Positions 57,401 to 64,000 of a DNA stretch of 64,000 bases are shown piece by piece; within the stretch, counting starts at the first letter, position 1; each line of letters starts with the position of its first letter. Under the pieces are notes generated by a model. It ran no database searches. It worked only from the letters and a program-made list of their open reading frames with translations, and was not told the origin of the DNA. Position numbers and translations under genes: made by a program. Location of the stretch: assembly GCA_004764695.1 (NCBI GenBank), contig SMSO01000025.1, forward strand, positions 2,294,001 through 2,358,000, written 5' to 3'. The DNA is from Schizochytrium sp. TIO01 (Eukaryota > Protista > Bigyra: Labyrinthulomycetes).

Positions 57401-59547
57401 TCAATGATACCTTCCATGCGCAAACGACGATAGACCTTGCTAGACATACCGGTAAATAGCACAGTATAACCAGCAGAGCCAGACTTATTCTTGGGCTTAC
57501 GGCGGAATTGGCGAAGCACAGGATTGCGTGAAAAAATGCTTCGAGGAGCTTCTTCTGAGGCGACAGACTCGCGACCGTCCAAGAGCTTTTGGGCCTGTTC
57601 ATTCTCACTGTCTTCCTTGCCAGGGGTGATAAGGTTCTGCAGTAGTTCCATCAAAGCTCCACATGCCGTGAAATCAATACCATACACATCTTCAAAGTCC
57701 ATTACAATAGTATGAATCAAGCCGTCATGAGGTGGCACAGAGTCTCGAGAGAAACCTTCATCATCGTCACTGATACTTGCTTCAACATCGTCCAGAATTG
57801 ACCATACCAAGTCAGTGATTTGATTTGCGGAACCAAAAAAAATGTAGCGCTTGAGCTTGATAATGACTACCTGAGCACTGAGGTGCTCAAGCTTTGCATC
57901 TTCCTGTGCGCTGCGAACCACTGAGCTTTGAAAATCAGAGCCGCTAAGCACAGCCTTCACAACACCAGTCTTGGAGTACTGCAGTGCGAATAGTACGAAG
58001 GAGGCCATGACACCGACGACAACAGCAACAAGTAAAGATGTTGTCTGACTCAGAATAACGATTGCCCACACAGTAAGGTACTCAAGAGTTGTGAATCGAT
58101 CTTGCACGAGGGTGTCAATGAGGTTCTCCACGATGAAACCAAGACCCGCGTAAATCAGGAGGGCTCCAATGAAGAAGCGTGGAAGGTAGTTGATGAGCGG
58201 AAAACCAGCAAACCACAGGGCTGCATTGAAGAGACCGGAGATGATACCGGGGAGCCGGCTGGTGGTGTTTCGGATGATTCCAGCATTGAGTGCATTGAAT
58301 TTGAGCTGACCATATCCAGGTGCACCAGCGAGAAATACGAGGAGAAAATGCGCTTTACCACCTAGCTGCATTTCATGATCGTACTTAAGATCTGTGAGGT
58401 TGAGCTTTTTCTTGGTGCCTGCAATTTTGAGCAGCGAGTCGAGAGTTACAATGATAAGCATGATAAGAAGCTGAGGAAGGCCAGCAGTGAAGGCGTCCCA
58501 ATCGATGAGGTGAGACTGGCCAAAGGTGTAGGTCCACTGGTCAGCGATCACAACAGCATCGAACTTTTCATAGAGCCAACCACAAGACAGGTCATGGTGG
58601 CCCTCACAAAGGTTCATTTCGCGTACAGTGTCAAGGTCTTGGCCGAGGGCATAAACAATGACATAGAAGAGAATGAAAGGTCCAAAGAGGAGGACTGGTA
58701 ACGTGATGATGGGGGCACCGATGTGGAAGCGCTTCGTGCAGTATAGTGCAATGCCAATTGGTAATGCTGGGGCAAGTAATGCCCAGAATTGCCAGTAGCT
58801 GAGGTGGTGGGGTAAATCGTCTCCTGTAGCAGCTTTGACGGCTTTAATGATGACAATGACACCAACCGCGGCGAGAAATCCACTGAGTACAGCAGCAGGT
58901 ACGAATTGGACAATGCGAGTAAGTCTAAAGACACCAAGAACATAAAAAAGAACTGACACAAATGCTGTGCCAAACATGACTGAGATGAGGATTGTTGTAA
59001 GAGCAATTTGTGTGCGCTCCTCTTCTGTGGCATCCGCGTGATTTGTCTTGACTTTGTCAAGAATGATCTCCGCAGCGTTGGCGAAGAAGATAGTTGGGTT
59101 AATATCTGGGCCTGCGATAGTGATGGCTGCATCACTGTAGGTTGCAAATGAGAGTCCAAGAATGGCAGCACTGGTAATTTGCTGTGCGGCTCCCACAGGA
59201 ATATAGGGCGACAGACTACTGTCCTGGCCAAAGATGAGACTGGAGAACACGTAGCAGAAGCTCAGCATGAGCAGTCCATTCACAATGCCACTCAGGAGTT
59301 CCGTCAGCAGTTGGACCGCTTTTTCCTTCCGAGGGTTTCCGTGTGCGCCATCTTCCTTGTGCGCGTGCAGGCCTGCCATGATGTCCTTGTGGTCAAGGTC
59401 TTCCTCGTCCACCAGGCCACGCGAAGAGTTCGCGCCGGTCCTGTTTTGCTGCGGGTGCGTGTCGCTTGACGACGCGCCGGAAGACCCGCGCGACGCCGAA
59501 GACGACGCAGAAGAAGAGCCTCGCGGGCCCTTCTTGAACGAAGTCAC
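54472..59547 (-). CDS. SulP/SLC26-family transporter with STAS, cyclic-nucleotide-binding and C-terminal calmodulin-like EF-hand region
   Basis: SulP TM core (IAGPD, IVQFVP..V.SGFLAAVG, PRFFIGALLIYAG). STAS (KLKRYIFFGSA, VMDF..V.GIDFT; FPTLDLAMEWVEE). cNMP (LFLLQHGRL...GAFINE...ADEEC). EF-like ADLSSNGGVSYED. ORF opens at GTG 59547; first ATG is 59379, so the true start is uncertain. Confidence 0.88.
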   Translation of the reverse strand: MTSFKKGPRGSSSASSSASRGSSGASSSDTHPQQNRTGANSSRGLVDEEDLDHKDIMAGLHAHKEDGAHGNPRKEKAVQLLTELLSGIVNGLLMLSFCYVFSSLIFGQDSSLSPYIPVGAAQQITSAAILGLSFATYSDAAITIAGPDINPTIFFANAAEIILDKVKTNHADATEEERTQIALTTILISVMFGTAFVSVLFYVLGVFRLTRIVQFVPAAVLSGFLAAVGVIVIIKAVKAATGDDLPHHLSYWQFWALLAPALPIGIALYCTKRFHIGAPIITLPVLLFGPFILFYVIVYALGQDLDTVREMNLCEGHHDLSCGWLYEKFDAVVIADQWTYTFGQSHLIDWDAFTAGLPQLLIMLIIVTLDSLLKIAGTKKKLNLTDLKYDHEMQLGGKAHFLLVFLAGAPGYGQLKFNALNAGIIRNTTSRLPGIISGLFNAALWFAGFPLINYLPRFFIGALLIYAGLGFIVENLIDTLVQDRFTTLEYLTVWAIVILSQTTSLLVAVVVGVMASFVLFALQYSKTGVVKAVLSGSDFQSSVVRSAQEDAKLEHLSAQVVIIKLKRYIFFGSANQITDLVWSILDDVEASISDDDEGFSRDSVPPHDGLIHTIVMDFEDVYGIDFTACGALMELLQNLITPGKEDSENEQAQKLLDGRESVASEEAPRSIFSRNPVLRQFRRKPKNKSGSAGYTVLFTGMSSKVYRRLRMEGIIDLIHKSGYPQGPPPSELEKVIPNILTMPRTHRVIVYIDKLLKPFRKQREPQPEEEESAKDYLDDDDGNYHADRNQLSRRGTVDEGLIDMAPNLATPDYYAPNGEFSPKLRRLFPTLDLAMEWVEERLLERASNIRQRWLVFSESFRRLHELARLKAQHEPFEHILGGHLGDSVWKYVETIRIPQGARLLTAGQVNPHLFLLQHGRLTSYMTRVDNSLIRLQSHRRGAFINEDALFVEYPVSHTVIADEECIVLALSRESLKTLQAQKPEVAFEIHRNVLRLTARARNRLARELDVVDHWSLFERRAVQEDPIQTAYLTSVSRASSVRQSSSHHFLAAASGHHQLGTSGRSSRGSSFYGGHHGYQPAVQHRHAGFLSAPTTPIGRDVESQIPESSLALGPPLDPSGPSAASMSAAAATATPTTAGATTGAGPSHILGEPDEAHLRSTSRKVGRAIMREAAAAFRRETAKKESTALAGGATHHHHHLHHGHDLSGNEAKTVPARRSHVPAAQDYDLSEMVQRIQNEGNPSLPYGSSRSISHSIGQSEASSHTNTTRRNSERRNSDRLAKTHSRSSSQTWQRTPSLRPDLRHLKFYHAPSSTCAEASVDSDLTRQHTHLSRVQELDAVACLRRAASNRFHSRGKQTSGDSPTAQQAQQKQQQMQQQLYLDNFAGNRGAQLQPVSRNSLASPLQQPMDQSYLAGLFETALPRSRLRQTLMDMGHFPSDIELDDILMRTDCVSSQSISETQFLAIVKELSLERLSDDEIYGFALFFQRHARVLDENEIRELPSSIPVLPNMVLTVDGMEKFLQDIDHEEDQNRLEKMFAEWSDFTIQSYVTPNSSDSASSKTVQAMHFATLCSMMAWHIHAEKLYEQVAVDFANLTVGNSADDLLLAEDIVHQMSQLDIPCSWEDATEMVFEADLSSNGGVSYEDLVETLTTVFDSEIEPQLEQLNQDILEGDQVVVRTLTKFSKENLLNE

Positions 59548-61383
59548 ACCCAGTTTGCCGTCTGTTGCGACTTCTTTAAAGTCCCTCCTCCTCGCTCCTC
59601 TTCTTCTTCTTCTCCTTTACTCTGCCACTTTATTTACCTATTCCTATTACGCTAGCTAGAGGAGTACGTACTTCTATTCTCTCTCACTCAATCAAACAAA
59701 TAAACAGACAAAGAGAGAAAGAGAGAAAGAAAGAGAGAAAATCAATCGATTCTTCTTTCTCCTCTCTTTCCTCAGAACGAACTACTCACAGAAAGGATGA
59801 CGAGCGGCGCTCGGCTCTCTCCTGGTGTGCGCTCCTCCTGCTTGTATCAGCGCCTGAAAAGCAGGCTCTCTGGAACGAGGGAGAACGCCCCTCTTTGAGA
59901 CCTCGCTTGCTTTGCTTTCTTTAGCTCACGGTCGCCTTCTTCTGTCTGATGGGAACGGCAGCGTCCAGGAAGGCGAGCGGCGGATGGATAGATAGATAGA
60001 AGATAGATTGACAGATTGACAGATGGAGGCCTACCAGGAAGAAGCCTGCTCCACGCAAAGTCCCTCCAGAGCCGAATCAGAGCACAGGAAACAAATTAAC
60101 AGACAAACAAACAAACAAACAAATAAACAAACAAATCAACGAAGAGGGAAGAAAGCGGAAGGCGCTCTCGCGGGAAAAGAACGCACACCCTCGACCTGCT
60201 TGCTCCCTATATCGCGCCTTACCGGAACGGAACGGTTTCTGCGCCCTGCCTTCCTACGAGTTATCCTCCAACTCAAGCAGACACCTCGGCGAAACTCTGC
60301 GGCTCTCTGTTCCGTTCTTTCTTCTGTTCCGCCTCCTTTTCAAATCGAAAGGGAACGGGGAACCCGGGGAACGCCCTCCGTGGAGAACTCCAAAAGCCTC
60401 GCTCGATGCGCCACGAGTTGCGGGCGAGAGAAGGCAATGCCGCTGCCGGCTGCTGCGCTGGGGAGGGTGCGAGGCCGCGTCTGCTCTTTCCGGAGAGCCT
60501 TCTGCTGCCTGCCTGCCTGCCTGTCTGCCTGGCTGCCTGGCTGCCTGCCTGCCTGCCTGCTTGCTATTCAGGTGTGGCGGTCCTGCGCGCCCGAGTTTGC
60601 TTTGCGGATTTGCCGAACAAAGGGTTCTCATCGAGGTTTTCAAACTATCGCGACCCTTAGGGCACTGCTACAGTTGTGCCTATCTGCCTGCCTAGCTAGA
60701 TAGAGAGAGATAATAAATATCATTGATCGAAGGGAGGAAGAGAGAGAAATTCAAATTTGAACGAATGAATGAATGAATGAGTGAGTGCTATTTCTTGTTT
60801 GTTTGTTTACTTAGTTGTAGAAGTTGGGCGGCTATGAGTTATACAGAGATTACAATGAACAAACAAAAACATCCTACTGTAGCTTATTCATTAGCATTTT
60901 ATGGCGAAGGTTATAGAAGTGCCTATTGGCTGCATAGCAGCGAGTAAAGTAAATCTTGTCTATTAAATTTAAAAAAAGAAAAAGAAAAAGAAAAAAGGGA
61001 GCTCAAAGGAGAATAAAAAGTAAATCATTTCTTTTTCTTTCTCAGCTCGCCGCCAGTACTTAGTTAGTTTGTTAGTCAGTCAGTCAGTCAGTCAGTTAGC
61101 TAGTTTATTTGTTAGCTAGCTAGCTAGCTATCCAGGCAGTTCGTTAGGAAGATGAGAGCATGCGATTGAAAGTTTTATAGCAACGCAGAGGCCTCTTCGT
61201 TGAAATCGATAGAAACCTGATCGAAGCGAAGATCGACGTTATTCGCCATGAGCAAAGCTGCTCATGATCATCGCTCCTGTCACCGGACGCCTTTCATCGA
61301 GAGGAGCCTCGTCTCGGCGTCTTCATTCGATCTTGCCGCAGCGTTTCTTTTTCTGGAGCCCTCAAACATACATACGTCTATTA

Positions 61384-61452
61384 TTCATTCATTCATTCAT
61401 TCATTCATTCATTCATTCATTCATTCATTCATTCATTCGTTCATTCATTCAT
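61384..61452. repeat. (TTCA)n microsatellite
   Basis: Read directly. Confidence 0.95.
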
Positions 61453-62156
61453 TGACCTCTTTTTAATTCGATTTAATGTTTAATTTATTAAAAAAAGATC
61501 ATAAGTAAAAGTCTACAAAGTGCTAGTAAGATACTACGAAGGTACCTACTGCAGGTCCTTTCTGATAAATCGTAACAAAATCAGTGACGAGAACACTTCC
61601 TTTCAGAACCTGCTTCGATGAGCACTGCCGTATCGTCAAAGTACGCACAGCATCGTCACTCAAGCGTGCGATAATCCTCGTCATTCATACCGATGAAAAG
61701 ACGCCCAACCGTCCTTTTCTGCAACCCAAGAGCCGCGTTCCTCAGTTTGAAGGCCGCTTTTCCAGCGCAGGGAATCTATCTCCGTCAACCATCGCTCGGA
61801 ATAAGACGATTTTCACGACTCGACGCTACCCGAAACCTGTAGGAGGGCCTAGTGATCTTACTTCGCCATGACACGCAGAGAAAGAAACAAATTTTGAGAG
61901 AAAAAGACAAATAAAATAAATAAATAAACAAATAAACAAAGAGAGAGAGAGACAGACGAAGAAGGGAACAGGAAAGAAAAGAAAGCGCAGCAGAAGAAGA
62001 GATACACGAGGCGGGAAAAGAGGGAGTAGAGAAGGGATCAGAGAACCAGAGCGCCGCTTTTCCTGCTTTCCCGTATATTTGTCAGAATATTCTGAGTAAG
62101 GCTCGAAGAAGGACGATATGCAGAGATCCTTTAGTTAAAAGAAATCTCCATCTTGA

Positions 62157-62219
<63 letters not shown>

Positions 62220-62302
62220 TTATCTTAAAGATTTACAACATATACCTTTTCGATATTTCTTCCATAACTAAATAAAATATATTATAAATATTACATGCAA
62301 AA

Positions 62303-62347
<45 letters not shown>
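62157..62347. repeat. (AAT)n at ~62157-62214 and (ATG)n at ~62303-62347 microsatellites
   Basis: Read directly. Confidence 0.95.
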
Positions 62348-63781
62348 CGAAGCGCGATCAGCACTGAGCGAACAAGCTGCCTGGTATTTCACAGACCGCC
62401 ATCTTTGAGCGTTTTGAATAGTTTATGAACACATTTCCATCAATTGATCACACGATCCCTCAAACCATCTTTAGTATTAAAACCCATCGCTTTCTTTAAT
62501 TCTCTGTTTGGATTGCTCTTCTCTTCTTTTCTCTTCTCTTGTCTTCTCTTTTCTTTTCTTTTCTTTCTTTCTTAATTTCTTTCTTAATTTCTTTCTTGCT
62601 GATTCTCTTTTATTAGGCGACGATAATTGCATGGGAAAAAAGAGGAGTGGAAAGTGAATCTGCCTCCGTTTGGCTGTCTTTCCGCCAAAATAGCAAACCA
62701 ATCGATCCATCAATCGATAAGCTATGAATGAATGAATGAATGAATGAATCAATCAATGAATCAATCAACGAATCCATCAAGTTTTCTAGAAGCAGCCTTC
62801 GGCTTTTGCAGCAACTGCTCGTTTCCTTCAACTCGTGCTCACAGTGGCTGCACTTGACGTCGTGAAGAGCCTTCGATTCACTCACTTACTCACTCACTCA
62901 CTGACAGCTGGCGGAGCAGTTGCGAGCTGCTGTCGCTACCACTATCTACGCGCGCGCTAGCCCAGGCTGAGGGTGAAAAGAACGCCAGAACAAACGGAGC
63001 CTCAAAGATTGCGTTCTATTTCTTTTACTTCGAGTTTCTCCCTCCTCTTTCAATGGAAATTCTGTGATTTGGCCGTCCACGTCAAAAAGTAAGCACTATA
63101 TACAGAGCTAGTTGAGGTAAGCAGCTGCTGCGGAGATGGCCTAAAACGGACCTCCGTCGAAAGTCGTCGCAAAGGAATAAAGGGCAGTGAGCAGGATGAT
63201 GCGTGCGTGTATATATATATAGATATAGATATACATGTACGCATACATGTATGCCTGTATGTATGTACTCTGCTACTAACTCAGATCAAGAAAGCTTATA
63301 AAGAAGCGCGTTAGGAGCCACTTGGCTTTCTTGCGTCCACGTTCTTGTTGGAGGAGGACTGTTCTTCCTTGACAGCCCTTTCTTTGCTTGTTTCTCTGTG
63401 TGATCGCGTTCTTTTTGTCTCACTGCTTGTTTCGCGAGAGAGAAAGCCCCCCTCGGTCTACCAGGGCGCTGTGGGTCTTTCGCAGAGGCACACGCAAAAG
63501 AACACTCGATCCCCCTCTCAAAGCCACCTCACTGTGGGATCCCCTTATTGGAAGAGGTCCCAGGTAGCTTCGGTAGCCCTAGCGAAAAGAAGTAGGGTGG
63601 GCCTGATCAGTAGCAGTTGCTAACCCATTCCTAGCGCTGTTCCAATCTGCCCGGTATCAGTAGATATGCGAAACAGTATGCCGACTTATTTTCGAAAGAA
63701 CATTTTTGCTTTTTCATTTCCAGTTGAAAATAAACTGAAAATAACAGTGGCCGTAGTAAGTATGAATATTTTAATTTAAAC

Positions 63782-63955
63782 AAGAAGAAGAAGAAGAAGA
63801 AGAAGAAGAAGAAGAAGAAGAAGAAGAAGAAGAAGAAGAAGAAGAAGAAGAAGAAGAAGAAGAAGAAGAAGAAGAAGAAGAAGAAGAAGAAGAAGAAGAA
63901 GAAGAAGAAGAAGAAGAAGAAGAAGAAGAAGAAGAAGAAGAAGAAGAAGAAGAAG

Positions 63956-63985
<30 letters not shown>
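63782..63985. repeat. Long pure (GAA)n tract, ~200 bp
   Basis: Uninterrupted AAG repeats. Confidence 0.97.
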
Positions 63986-63986
<1 letters not shown>

Positions 63987-64000
63987 GAATGAATAAAGGA

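Noticed and set aside
60023-62885. ORFs in the microsatellite-rich region (e.g. 60023..60703, 61248..61466, 62477..62752)
   Set aside because: The translations are repeat-derived low-complexity strings (QTNK, IHSF, CLPA) with no protein signal.

Overview
Eukaryotic, gene-dense, intron-poor genomic DNA. Short GT-AG introns, dense intergenic microsatellites (TTTG, TTTC, TTCA, TAA, GAT, GAA) and the gene content suggest a labyrinthulomycete/thraustochytrid (Aurantiochytrium-like). That assignment is inference from pattern, not a database result. About 19 protein-coding genes are supported: AIP1/WDR1, a degenerate soluble-adenylyl-cyclase-like protein with an IQ motif, a Frizzled/Smoothened-like GPCR, an atypical FolD, an unannotated 4-exon 300-aa membrane protein, an EF-hand/ankyrin protein, a hypothetical protein, an EED/LRWD1-like WD40 protein, a SHIPPO/STPG-repeat protein, a pseudo-glutathione peroxidase, a PH-Ariadne RBR E3, a TPR-2OG oxygenase, an IDO-like heme dioxygenase, syntaxin-16, an AP sigma subunit, a DP transcription factor, a small CFAP97-like protein and a SulP-STAS-cNMP-EF-hand transporter. 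An AT-rich, gene-free island (~6.7-13.5 kb) holds a perfect 89-bp tandem array and a heavily decayed Ty1/copia pol remnant whose damage is mostly G>A/C>T. No tRNA, rRNA or CRISPR was recognised, and no clear multi-gene novel system is evident. The best leads are the unknown membrane protein, several apparent pseudoenzymes, unusual domain fusions and possible TE hypermutation.
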